From contig NW_024704762.1 in the NCBI RefSeq assembly GCF_018977255.1, positions 8,370,001-8,434,000 on the forward strand: a DNA stretch of 64,000 nt, read 5' to 3'. The position numbers and the translations under genes are program-made. Shown here piece by piece: positions 40,045 to 52,505 of the stretch. The first letter of the stretch is position 1. Each line of letters starts with the position of its first letter. The stretch comes from Callorhinchus milii. Taxonomy: Eukaryota. The notes beneath the pieces were generated by a model. It saw only the letters and a program-made list of their open reading frames with translations, was not told where the DNA came from and made no database searches.

Positions 40045-41475
40045 GAGTAATAATAATAACAACAACAATAATAATAGCAATCCAGCATTTGATATAGCGA
40101 CTTATCGCGTCTTCAAGACTTCTCAAAGTGCTTCACAGAATATACTGTAAACTGAATTGACTTTATATTTTGTGGGCAAAACGAATAAGTACACTACACG
40201 GTGCAGAACGGACTAGAAACCTTTTAGGCTTGAGCTACCTGATCTCAGCTATAGAGGTACATTTGTTCCCAGGCTCATGGTATAGCTCCTGAGTGTTTAA
40301 CTTGACCCCTGCTGGAAAGTCACACGACTTCACCGAATATCCTGTGAAGCGCTTTGAGATGTCTGGACAACGTGATAAGGCGCTATGTCAAAGGCAAGGA
40401 TTATTATTTATTATATGTGGGTGTCAGGGGAGGACAGCATCTGGACTTCTCTGTGATTCACTCCATAATCAAAAGCTCTGCCAGCACACAGTCATGGATC
40501 ACACATGAAGTGCAGCTAATTTGCCAAGAAACCACACCTCAACCTTTAAAAGAAAAAAACAATATTTGGAGTGTTTTGCGGAGTTTAAGCAGTTTGTTCC
40601 AGCTATCGTGTTCTTTTGCAATAATAATCATATATAAATAATAATCCTTGCATTTGATATAGCGCCTCATCACATCATTGAGACGTCCCAAAGCGCGTCA
40701 CGGTAAACATTGTAAAGTGGATCGACTGTAAATTTTTTGTGGGTGAAACGCGGCAGCCAATTGCGCACAGCAGTGTCCCGCAAACGGTCATGGAGTGTGT
40801 GACCAACTGTATGCATTTATACATGTGCTTAACTCGCTGATAACTGATAACTCGTCACCGATTCCCCCCCACTTTCTTCCCCCCACACCCCCCAACCCCT
40901 TTTCCCCAAGAAAAGTCCTCCCGACGTGAAAAGCGCTATATCAAATGCAAGGATTATTATCATTATTATTATTATTATTATAAGAGCGACGAGTTAGCAC
41001 AGAACAAAGACTAAATCTGGACTTCATTGGAAATTCTCTTCTCTATCCTTGGAACGGTGGGGCATTTGACGAGGCTTCACGTTTAAGCCCAAACAAAAGG
41101 GTTAGGGTTAGGAATTCATTCTGAGACAGAAGGTTGTGTGTGTGTGTGTGTGTGTGTGTGATTACAGTGATTGAGATAAACACCAACTCCGGACCTGCTT
41201 TGCATCTTCCCGTCCTGTGATAGGGGAAAGGAAGGGTTTAGACATGAATCGCTGATTTCGGGCCATGTTTAACAAGTGCGATTTTTTTCCCCCCCCTCGT
41301 GCGTGTAAAAAAAAAAGTGACATCTTGTGACACAAAATACACAGTCGATTCACTTTACAGTGTATCCTATCCGGTGAAGCGCTTTGAGACGCCTCGAAGA
41401 CGTGATACGGCGCTGTATCAAATGCAAGGATTATCATATTATTTATTACAGCAAATGCAAGGATTATGATGATGT
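40045..41475. mobile_element. Cluster of about five SINE fragments in both orientations
   Basis: - 40050-40185, + 40330-40410, - 40640-40810, + 40915-40982, + 41330-41470. Confidence 0.8.
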
Positions 41476-42029
41476 TTCCCTCCCCCTCCCACCCCCCACC
41501 CCCACCACCACCCCTCTCTTTGCCCTCTTCCCCCAATAAAAATAAATCTGTGGGGAGGTGGGACTCACAAAAGCGTAGCGTCTAGGAATTATATATATAT
41601 ATTTGTGTGACAATAACACTGTTTTGGGCTGAATTTTACACCATGGATCGAGAATAAAGAAAACACCATCACCACAAAGGAGGACAACACTCTCTGCCTC
41701 AAAATTGCTCTGGAGTACAATAAATGAGTTGCTCGTTCTGAAAGAATGCGACTTAAGTTATATTTTAGTTCCGACCTCGTTGTTGTGCACACTTCACACT
41801 CGCACTCACACACACTCACACACAGGAAAAGGACACTTTGCAATAAATTAAAAGAATAATCAGATGTTTCCAGCTCGGTCTGTCCCGGAGCGGCCACTCC
41901 AGATGTGCTCGAGCCGGACCCGCTCCTGATCAGGTTCAGTTACTTTGTTCACACGAAACCCGGAAAAATAAGTTCGGTTCGAGTTCAGTTCACACCCCTA
42001 ATATTCCCCGACTTCTTACACGCGCACCA

Positions 42030-42682
42030 GCGCTCACACTCATTCACTCGCTCACTAACACGCTCACACTCTCACTCGCTCACACTCTCACTCACTCACA
42101 CTCTCACTCACTCACACGCACACTTATTCACTCACACACTCCCTCACTCATTCACTCACTCCCTCACTCATTCACTCACTCCCTCACTCATTCACTCACT
42201 CACACACTCATTCACTCACTCACTCATACGCTCGCACACACACTCACTCTCACTCTCACTCACTCACTCACACACTCCCTCACTCATTCACTCACTCACA
42301 CACTCATTCACTCACACACTCATTCACTCACTCACACACTCATTCACTCACTCACACAATCATTCACTCACTCACTCATACGCTCGCACACACTCACTCA
42401 CATTCTCACTCACACACACACACACACCCATTCACACTCTCACTCACTCACTCACTCACACGCACACTTATTCACTCACACACTCCCTCACCCACTCACT
42501 CACTCACTCACTCACTCACACATTCATTCATTCACTCGCGCGCGCTCACACACACTCATATTCTCACTCACACACTCACACTCTCACTCATTCACACTCT
42601 CACTCACTCGCACACTCCCTCCTTCACTCCCTCCCTCCCTCCTCCCTCCCTCACTCACTCACACACTCACTCACTCACACAC
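42030..42682. repeat. (CACT/CATT/CA)n compound microsatellite
   Basis: About 650 bp of ctcactcattcactcacaca. Confidence 0.95.
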
Positions 42683-42706
42683 CCATTAAGCGTTAAGTCA
42701 AGTTAC

Positions 42707-42885
42707 CGTCTCCGCTTCTGGACGATGTCTATGGGTCGGTTGATGGCGAAGGGAGAGCCGTGTGTGTTCCCGGTGCGGAGTCTGTCCGCTCTCTCCACCA
42801 CAGTCAGACACCCGGAGCCGCACCCGGAGCCGCACCCGGAGCCGCACCCGGAGCCGCACCCGGAGCCGGCGGTGGGGAGGCTCAT
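42707..42885 (-). CDS. PDE4C: Alternative first coding exon for a long PDE4 isoform
   Basis: MSLPTA(GSGC)x5LTVVERADRLRTGNTHGSPFAINRPIDIVQKRR(R); CG|gtaact phase-2 donor gives CGC with the UCR1 exon; GC-rich context. Confidence 0.75.
42809..42868. repeat. Five perfect 12-bp repeats (cacccggagccg) inside a coding exon
   Basis: Encodes (GSGC)x5 on the minus strand. Confidence 0.95.
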
Positions 42886-43209
42886 ACCCTCACTCGGTGC
42901 CTCTCCCCCCGGACAGTTGGGACCATTCACACCCTAAACCCTCGTCCACTGCACAGCTCCGCGGCTCTCCATCACCATCACATCCCCCGGTGCAGAAGGT
43001 TGAGAGGGAGAGGGAGGGAGGGGGGGGGGGGGGGGGGGGGTGGGGGGGGGTTGGTCCCCCACTCCCCGCACCCTCCTCCCCCCCCACACACACACCCCCA
43101 ACAGAAAAAAAAGAAAAGAAAACCGAAAGGGGTAATAACTTAGGACGGGGTTGGGGTTGTAGGTCTGAATCTTAAGACATCAGTCGTTCTCCCTGTAAGT
43201 TTGTGCATG

Positions 43210-43832
43210 TGGGTGAGGGAGGGAGAGGGGGTGAGGGTGAGGGGGGGAGAGGGGGTGAGGGTGAGAGAGGGGTGAGGGGGGGAGAGGGGGTGAGGGTGAG
43301 GGGGGGAGAGGGGGTGAGGGTGAGGGGGGGAGAGGGGGTGAGGGTGAGGGGGTGAGGGGGGAGAGGGGGGGTGAGGGGGTGAGGGAGGGAGAGGGGGGGG
43401 GAGAGGGGGTGAGGGAGGGAGAGGGGCTGAGGGAGGGAGAGGGGGGAGGGTGAGGGGGTGAGGGAGGGAGAGGGGGTGAGGGAGGGAGAGGGGTGAGGGA
43501 GGGAGAGGCTGAGGAGGGAGGAGGTGGGAGAGGGAGAGGGGGTGGGGAGGGAGGGGAGAGGGGGTGAGGGGGGAGAGGGTGGGAGAGGGAGAGGGGGTGA
43601 GGGGGGAGAGGGGTGAAGGGAGAGGGGTGGGGAGAGGGGGTGAGGGAGGGGAGAGGGTGGGAGAGGGAGAGGGGGTGAGGGTGGGAGAGGGTGAAGTGGG
43701 AGAGGGTGGGAGAGGGGGTGAGGGTGGGAGAGGGGGTGAGGGTGGGAGAGGGGGTGAGGGTGAGGGTGTGAAAGATGGGAGAGGGCGGGTGAAGGGGTGA
43801 GGGTGGGAGGAAGAGAGAGAGAGAGAGAGAGA
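43210..43832. repeat. G/A-rich (GGGTGA/GGGAGA)n low-complexity tract
   Basis: About 600 bp nearly devoid of C on the + strand. Confidence 0.95.
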
Positions 43833-44779
43833 AACAGAAAGTGGCTATTGCTTTCCTCCCCCAAAGTAGTCACTTGTTTGACCTCAGGACAGTGGTGCAA
43901 TGGCAACAGCAGTGGCTCTCTGACAGCTCCACTGTGATTACAGAGCAATGGCCCGAGAGCAACAGTCAGTGGTTCAAGTCAGACTGAAGCCCTGTCCATC
44001 AAACCAGGACGTCACTCTATCTGAAGAAAGGCGTGGACCACAAACAGTTAACCCCTTGGGGGGGAATCATGTTCCTGTGGACTGTCAGCTGTGCTGAGCC
44101 ATTGCCAAATCCTGACCCTCTTTCCCCTATCCCCTGACGCTGATGATTTCATGATTCACTCACTCTTTCTCTCTCTCCCTCCCTCCCTCCTTCCCCCCTC
44201 CCTCCCTCCCTCTCTCTGCAGATCAATCCACGTCCTGCAAATGAATCCGAAACACCATGGCGGAGTGGGCAGAATGTCCACCGATGGTAGCCAACGCCGG
44301 TGAAAACACCGGCGCCCGACCGAACATCCATCAACGGCAGCCGAACTCTTCCCCCTCTCCGCCGGCCACGGGTGATTCAGAACCCTGCAAGCTCATGTCC
44401 TCCCCTGCACCAGGCTCCGTGAACCGATCACACTCCCCCCCCCCCCCGCCCACCCCTCCGCCTCCAGAGTTTGGAACATCGTCATCTACTATCGCTGAAC
44501 CCGCCGTTGTATTTTCAGATTGTCCGTGAAGCCCTTCAGCGTTCGCTGGGCTCAGAGAAGCCCCTGGGTGGGAAATGCAGACGCAATACTGGTTCAGTAG
44601 GGCGGGGGGGGGGGGAGGGGGAGGGCGAGGGGGGGGTGGGTGCGAGCGAGCACATCCAAAGTGAAGCTTGAAGTGTTACCGCTGGAGTAGGGAGGGCTTT
44701 TCCTCTGGATCGAATCCAGCAGAGATCAGAGGTGGAAGAGTGTGCAATTTGTCAGCAAAGACATGACATACTCTGATTA

Positions 44780-44945
44780 TCTGTGCGCAATTGGCTGCCG
44801 CCTTTCACCCCCCCCCACCCCCCCCCCCGCCCACCAAACACACAGTCACTCCACTTTACAGTATATTCCGTGAAGCGCTTTTTTTAGACGTCTCGAAGAC
44901 GTGATAAGGCGCTGTATCAAATGCAGGGGTTATTATTATTATTAG
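44780..44945 (+). mobile_element. SINE 3' half
   Basis: ctgtgcgcaattggctgccg...gacgtctcgaagacgtgataaggcgct. Confidence 0.8.
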
Positions 44946-45309
44946 CAGAAATTTCAAAAATAATTAGATACATATTTCACGAAAGGTACACGTTTAACGT
45001 ATGACCTAACCATGTAACTTGTCTCTGCTGCTTTCCTGAAATATTATTACGGTGATCAGCCAAACATTTACAATGACAATTAATATATGGCCGGCCCATG
45101 ACTTTTGAAACTTGTTTTGGTTTGTTTACAAACACAAAGTCACTAGACTTCGCAGTAATAATCCTGTTAAGCAGCTTGAGATAACTCGATGACGTGATTA
45201 GGCACTATTATCAAATGTAAATCGAACGATTGTAAATACAATCTTGGAACTTGGCTGAATATTAAACCGTGGATTACTGCGGATCGCAGAGATGAATACC
45301 AGTGACAGT

Positions 45310-45630
45310 GGAGTCCTGTAGCTCAGTGGTTAGAGCACTCGCTTTGCAAGTGAGAGACCTGAGTTCAATTCCAGGCAGAGGGCGAAACCTTGGGCAAGTT
45401 TCCTTACTCCACACAGAGCCTAATAATAATCCCTCCAAAAAACCAAAAACAATAATCAATTGGTCATTTTCAATCTACGACTGTTTGTGGGACATTGCTG
45501 TGCGCAATTGGCTGCCGCGTTCGCCCACAAATATACAGTCAATTCACTTTACAGTATATTCTGTGAAGCGCTTTGGGACGTCCTCCCGACGTGAAAAGCG
45601 CTATATCAAATGCAAGGATTATTATTATTA
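45310..45630 (+). mobile_element. Near full-length tRNA-derived SINE (tRNA head, Deu-domain-like core, L2-type tail)
   Basis: A box gtagctcagtggtta, anticodon arm ctcgc-TTTGCAA-gtgag, B box gagttcaattcc, core gggacattgctgtgcgcaattggctgccgcgtt, (TTA)n tail. Confidence 0.9.
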
Positions 45631-48549
45631 GTTGCACAGTGAGCAACTCGGGAGCAGGATTCACAGGCAAGTTCTGTGGTATTCAGAGGGCAAAGCACTC
45701 TTAGCCAAACCGAAACCCTGGTAACATCAGAGGAGGAGAAAAATGCAGCCTTATTTATTTCTTGTTGGATGCAAGTAAAGGTTTTCCTACATATAAACAG
45801 ATATTTCCGTTTGGTAAAGGTTCCGGTTTGCTTTTTCCCCCAAATATCGGGGAGGTCTGTCCTTTCCCTCACTTTGCTATCGAAAAGGAGATGGAATTTT
45901 TTCCCCCTCCCCTCCCCTCCTCCCCTGTGGGCTGCGAGTCTGTTTCGGTTTAGTTGAGGCAGGCTCATACACCGCGGCATCAGATGGTTGTGGGGCCTTG
46001 AGTGCCTTGTTGAGGGTGTGGTCCTTCAGACATGACAGCATCGCCTGGACCACCTGCCCGTGTACTGTTCTACAGTTGAGGAACCGTGAGCTTCTCTCTG
46101 TATCTCAAGCACTCTGAGACATTACCCTGTGTGAGGGGCGTCTACATAAATGCACGTTGTTGTTTCTAACCATTATTACCTGGGAGTGTTTGATATTGAT
46201 AAACAGCGGGGGATAACTTGGTGGTTCTTTGAGAGGGAGCTTTACCTCTTTACGCGTCGATCTCCCTGCCGGATGGAATAGCAAGAGGGAAAAGTCCTCT
46301 ATTTCGGGGAGGTAGCTCCAGTGTGCTTTGATGGGTTAAATTGCCATCTTCTTTGCTGTCATTTCTAATACTAACCCCAACCACTCAGCCACCACCACCC
46401 CACCCCCTACAAAAATATTTTCGGCCACCACCTATGCCCGACATTAAAAACAAAACCCCAATAACGCAATAGTCAATTAGGTTGGGGGGTACAAAGACAA
46501 GTGCAGTGGGGTTGGGGGGGGGGAGAATATCAGTAGATTAGTGGTCGAGGGTTTGGGCTGTTCATTGGGAGGAGCTCTTGGTTTCTCATTTGAAAGTCAT
46601 CAGTCCGAAATTCGGATCTAATCGTGGAGGAGTGAGTTGCACTTTACCCACAGGAAGAATGACACGCGTGTGTTGCTAAATAAATGTGGCGGTGGGAGGG
46701 GGGAGGAGGGGGGAGAAGGAGAAATAAAGAGTGATATGTTAGTTATTGCAAACGAAATAGGCTTCTCCATTTTGTCTCGACTTCACGGAAAAGGTCCATG
46801 ACACAACCTGGAGTCCTGAGGTCGGTGCCACACTCCCCGTCTGTTTACAGACGCGATAGCAAGCTCCGATCTCCGCCACTAAACTGTGTAGCGTCTTCTC
46901 CCACTTGACAAGTTATTTATTGGCCTTCGGAGCAGTCTCGGCTCTTTTAGAGTTTCACAGGAACCCTCGGAGAGTTACTTCCACACAAAGAGTCGGATTG
47001 TTTAAACGACGGCATGTTAAAGGGCTGACGAAACTGCTTTCACATCACACTCCAGAGCGAACACGAGCCATGGCTGTTACCTTCTGACGCACTGCAACCT
47101 CGGGATTTCTCTAAACACTCCAAAACTTTTATCCGAATTCCGCTGTTACTAGTTAAGCAGCGGCGATCGGAAACAAGGGTTGAAAGGCCACGTATGAAGC
47201 GAACGATGTGAAAAGGCACCATATCAAAAGCAAGGATTAATATTATTATTAATTTATGTCGCTACAATACTTCGAGCCGTTTCATTCAGGTGATTCCAAT
47301 AACTCATTTCAGGGCTGGGTAATTAATCACAGGCCAACAACCCACAAACTCACAATGAAAACACACAATGGATCACTGCTGCCTCAACAACCCCTAACAT
47401 CCTGCAGCCTAACTCCAACAACAACAACAACAGCAATAATAATAAAAATAATCCTTGCATTTGATACAGCGCCTTATTAAGTCTTTGAGACGTCTCCAAG
47501 CGCTTCACAGAATTGTGTGTGGACTGTATGTTTTGTGGGCGAAACAACTGCAGACTGAGGGTCCTTCTGTCCATTGCTTTCCCCTTAATCTAACTCACAA
47601 GCTCGTTGGCCGAAGTGGTTCAAGAAGACAGTCTGGTAAATGTAACTGGGCACGGCCTGAAATGGCCCTGATCTTGATCGCGGGAGACGAGAGATGTACA
47701 TGTGGATTCTGCACACGGTTCAGTGGGAGGAAAGGCTTTGAAAGAACTTTCCAATCCTAACCCACGACCGGAGAGCGACTGGCTGAAGCGGGAGAGATGC
47801 AGGAGGAGGGTTATTTAGCCCACTGTGGAGGCTCCAACCGAACGGAGACCGCAGCTGCTGCAGGAATTTAAAGAGCCGATTGTGTGAGACCACAGGGAGA
47901 TGTGATGTGTGTGGCTGCTTCACATCTCGCTCGTCGTCTGTGACATGAGCTCTTAGAACTTACCCTTCGAACCTGACCCCCTACCCCTACCCCCCCACCG
48001 TGATGTCATTTCACAAAGCTCCCAGGGCAGTCTGTACGCAGTTCCCACGCCTCGGAGTGCTCATTGCCTGGGGTTTTGTTTTCCTAACTTCACTGTAAAA
48101 TGCTCCACTGTGCCTCTATCCTTCAAATCAACTGCTGTGCGGACGTCTTATCCACTTAAGACTCTTTCTCCCCCTCCTTCTCACTGTCAGTCAGTGAAGA
48201 CAGACACTTTGGGAAGATAACAATCTCTCTCTTCCCTCCCACGCTGCTGGACTTCGGTTTTGGAAAAGGCAGGGAGGAAATCTGCCCAAAAAGGAAACTG
48301 ATGCATAAGTCCTTCAGACCACCCTGGAAATAATATACGCACAGCTTTCTGAGGGTTGGGTTAAGCTACACTGAAATAAATAGAGAGCGACATACGAAAA
48401 GCTCTCAAACAGCAAAGCTATTGGGTTACTGGCACTCACAATGTAGACTCCGTTTTCTATAGACATTTGCTGTGTGTCTCACTGACTCACGAGACTTCAG
48501 CTTCAATACAATACCTTTGCGATGAGATCTCACAAGTCTTAGAAGAAAA

Positions 48550-48730
48550 TTGGTCACTCAATCCAGAGCTGTTTGTGGGGCACAAATTGGCTGCTGTGTT
48601 TCGCCCCCAAATACACAGTCAATCCATTTTACAGTATATTCTGTGAAGCACTTTTAGATGTCTCAATGACGTGATAAGACGTTATATCAAATCAAGGATT
48701 ATTATTAAGATTATGATGATGATTATTATT
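48550..48730 (+). mobile_element. SINE 3' half
   Basis: Core and tail motifs. Confidence 0.75.
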
Positions 48731-49120
48731 ATAAGAGATTCTCGAAGAATGGTGAAGAAGTTAGTCAACAACAACTTGCATTTATGTCGTGTTTTCATAC
48801 GGGAAAACATCTCAAAGCATTTCACAGAGACGGTGTGGAATTGCACCACCACAGACCGAGAGTTACAAGAGATGTTCAAGACGATTAATGTTGCAGTAAA
48901 ACTCGCACTGGTCTGATCTGTATAAATCGTATAATCGCCTAAGTCGTACAGCAAGTTTGATACAACTCATACTTCGCATAAGTCTTATTAAAGTATCGTC
49001 CCAACTGATAAGACTTTACCCTCCTCTGTTCAAGAGAAAAGAGTCCAAGTATGTTGAGCCTTTCCTGATAGCCTTTTCTCAACTCCTCACTACATAAGCT
49101 GCAGACCATCCAGAACTTTG

Positions 49121-49362
49121 TAATAATAATAATCCTTGCATTTGATATAGCGCTTTTCACGTCGGGAGGACGTCCCAAAGCGCTTCACAGAACACACTGT
49201 AAAGTGAATTGACTGTATATTTGTGGGCGAACGCGGCAGCCAATTGCGCACAGCAATGTCCCACAAACAGTCGTGGATTGAAAATGACCAATTTATTATT
49301 GTTTTTGGTTTTGGAGGATTATTATTAGGCTCTGTGTGGAGTAAGGAAACTTGCCCAAGGTT
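49121..49362 (-). mobile_element. Young 5'-truncated SINE copy
   Basis: Near-identical in reverse complement to 45386-45630. Confidence 0.9.
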
Positions 49363-49700
49363 GTAGCCTGTGTCCTCTCCCGCAACAGCTCCGTGAGCAT
49401 ATCACCCCCATCCTCATTGGCTCCACTGACCCTCAGTTTCCGAGCAGATCAAATTCAAGACCCTACACTCTGGAACTCCATCCCATGGTCCCTTCGCATC
49501 GCTTCCTCCCTTGCCTCCTTCAAGGCCGGTCTCAAGACCCTTCTCTTCGACCGCGCCTTTGGTCGCCCTCCCACCTCTCCGCCTTCCCTCACCCCTACGC
49601 CACCTTTCCCCCATGCTCGGGCCCCGACACCTGACTGTTCAGCGCTTTGGGACGTCCTCCCGCCGTGAAAGGCGCTCTGCAAATGCAATTTTGTTGTTGT
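49363..49700 (+). mobile_element. L2 LINE 3' fragment
   Basis: PTLWNSIPWSLRIASSLASFKAGLKTLLFDRAF; 3' end gcgctttgggacgtcctccc...aaatgcaatt(ttg)n. Confidence 0.8.
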
Positions 49701-49999
49701 TGTACTACATAAATATAAATTGTTGTTGAGTTTCAATTTAATCCAATTTAACTTAAGCATTTAAGAACCGTCCAAATTCTGGCTGCTCTAAAACGGTGCG
49801 TAAGCAAAATAAACCGAGACCCGAGTGAAATTTCTCGTCTTTGAAGTTCAGGCGGAACAAGAGTGGAAAGTTTAATGAACCTCCTCGACAGAAAGTCACT
49901 GGAAGTTGCACATCTGAGCCACAAGAGGCCAGTAAATCACAACAGAGTTCTTGTGATCAGTCCTGTGAATGTAAGGAGCCTGTATAATTAATATTGATA

Positions 50000-50175
50000 A
50001 TAATATTAATAATCGTTGCATTTGATAAAGCGCCTTATCACATCATTGAGACGTCTCGAAGCGCTTCACAGGATATATATTGTAAAGTGAATTGACGGTG
50101 CATTTTGTGGGCAAAACGCGGCAGCCAATTGCACGCAGCAGTGCCCCACAAACTTGTGGATTGAGTGACTAAATC
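50000..50175 (-). mobile_element. SINE 3' half
   Basis: Reverse-complement core and tail. Confidence 0.8.
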
Positions 50176-52339
50176 GTTTGTAGGATAACTATCAAGGGAC
50201 AGCCACATACACCTCACAAGGCAATCCACTACTGTCATGTTGTAACCTCTTTACTAATTCTACGACTCATTGAAAATGAAAATGAAGGAAAGGGGAATGA
50301 GTGGAAATAAGCAGATTAACCAATTGCACTGTGAGACGTCTCGAAGACGTGATAAGGCACCACATCAAATGCAAGGATTGCTGTCAATTGGAATCATGAG
50401 TAAACCAGTGCCTCAAAAATGATATGACTATTTTACTCAAGTCTCTATTTTTTTTTGAAGGTTTTGGCTCTCGTTCTGGGGGACAGTTCCAAACCCATCG
50501 ATTATCATCCGGTCTCTCTGCCTAAGTGGTTTCTCTCTGTGGATGAATCCAGCCGGAGTATTGGCAGGCTAATTGGCAAGGGAGCGGGCTTTTTCTCAGG
50601 GGGCGATTAGACAGTGAAAGAGACCTGTCTGATGATTCTACCCTCCCTAATCCAGATGTGGTTTAGTAAATTCCCAACTGTGAAAAACTGACTCATTCTT
50701 AGCATGAACCGGATTATTTATTGAACGCATGCAGTTAGCTGCAGATTCACACGGTGTTATTCTTGCTTTTCGTCATAAAACATCCATATGTGCTGTGCGC
50801 GGTGGGTGGGGGGTGGAAGGGAGGAGAGGGTTCTTATGCTATTGACATCAATTGAAAGGTGGAATGAGCTCTCGATTACTCACTCGGCCTCCCGTGCCTG
50901 TCAGCCCCAACACTGGAAAGAACCATTAACGTCAGGAAGAATTAGCCTAGTTTAATCAAACATGTTTAACCACACGGGCCCCCACATCCTTTCCCCTCCC
51001 CTCTCACCCCTGGGGCAAACATGCACCCAACCCGACAGCTTTTCACTAGTACTTGGCTTGCGGTTCCACCTCCCTCACTCCCTCTCTCCCTGGGACGTGG
51101 GATTCTCAGTAGCGCGGTTTGGAGACTTACAAGATTGTTGACCAGGACACTGCCAGCATTCCGGACTGGCCGAGTCCCTTTCTCCTTTGCGAATAATACC
51201 GCAGGATTTCACGTGAATAGGCTGACGAGCACTCGCTTATACACCTCACGTAAATGTTGCTGCCTCCAATACCATAGTGAGGTGCAATCCTCTCCAGCTG
51301 CCAACCTAGCCACAGCGATGCACTGTCAAACACACACGCGCGCACAAACAAATAAACTCTCTCTCCTAACAAAAAACCCCATCAGAGCTGTAATATTGAA
51401 CCAGATTCAGGATCAATTCTAGTGCACTAGCCCTCAAGCAGAATTATCACTGAGGGGGAGAGAGAGAGAGAAAGATAGCAGTTAATGTTGTCAGTGTGCT
51501 TTTACCATGCACTTGCTGGCGAGGAATGAATACAGTAGACAGCTGCCAGGGCACAATTCCCCAACCAAACACAGACGAACAGGTGAAGGAACCACGGCAG
51601 GTGAGCTTGCGGTGAGTGGCCTGAATTTCCCCTCAACTTGTTTTTTGTTTGAAACAGCAACACCTGATGGAATCTCTGTACGATACTCGAAGACAGTACT
51701 GAGGCCCCGGGACAGATGGGACTTGAAGCTTATTAGGAGAGGAGGAAGAAGTGAAAGGTGTGGGAAGGATTAAAGGGGCTGGAATTTTGCTCCTTTATTC
51801 GGAAACGCTGGTCGGGTCACAGTAATAATAATAATAATAAGCCTTGCATTTGCTATAGCACTTTACCACATGGTTGAAACGTCTCAAAGCACTTCACGGG
51901 ATATACTCTAAAGTGAATGGACTGTGTATTATATACTCAACTCCACCCTCACCATTATCCCCACGCCCAAGGTATTTATAAATTACACCACCTGGCCTTT
52001 CACAACGGCTGTTTGAGAAATTCTGACCTTTGATGTGGTTTTAGCATCTGTAACCCTTCAACAATCGGTCTGTTTGGTTGCTGGGTAACTTGATCTCCAT
52101 AACCAAATAATCCCCAGTGGGCATACTCCATCGTTCTATCGACAGCAAAATCTGGTAATTATCTGACCACGGAGAGTGCCCACAACAGCATGTAATGTGA
52201 CCAATACAACAGGGCTGTGTGGTGTTCATAACCTGCACACACAAGCTACTACTGTCCTGCTAACATTGGGGACCTGTTAAGCATGGCTCAGGGTTTCTAA
52301 CCCTTTTTATATTGTTTATCCCTCCAAAACAAAATGTGG

Positions 52340-52505
52340 TCTCTCAATTTCATCACTTTTTTGTGGGATGCTGCTGTGCGCAATTGGCTGCCTGCGTTTT
52401 GCCCACAAAATACAGTCAATCCACTTTACAGTATATTCTGTGAAGCGCTTTGAGACATTTCAATGAAGTGATAAAGCTCAGTATCGAATGCAAGAATTAT
52501 TATAA
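52340..52505 (+). mobile_element. SINE 3' half
   Basis: Core and tail motifs. Confidence 0.8.

Noticed and set aside
41560-41897. ORF and GTGAGT donor as a further first exon
   Set aside because: In-frame TAA precedes the donor in the required phase
41905-42696. 263-aa His/Ser/Leu/Thr ORF
   Set aside because: Translation of the (CACT)n microsatellite
43172-43948. 258-aa Pro-rich ORF and its antisense Gly-rich ORF
   Set aside because: Low-complexity G/A tract
45310-45385. tRNA-Ala(TGC)-like sequence
   Set aside because: It is the head of a SINE: no proper acceptor-stem closure, and it continues into the SINE core and tail
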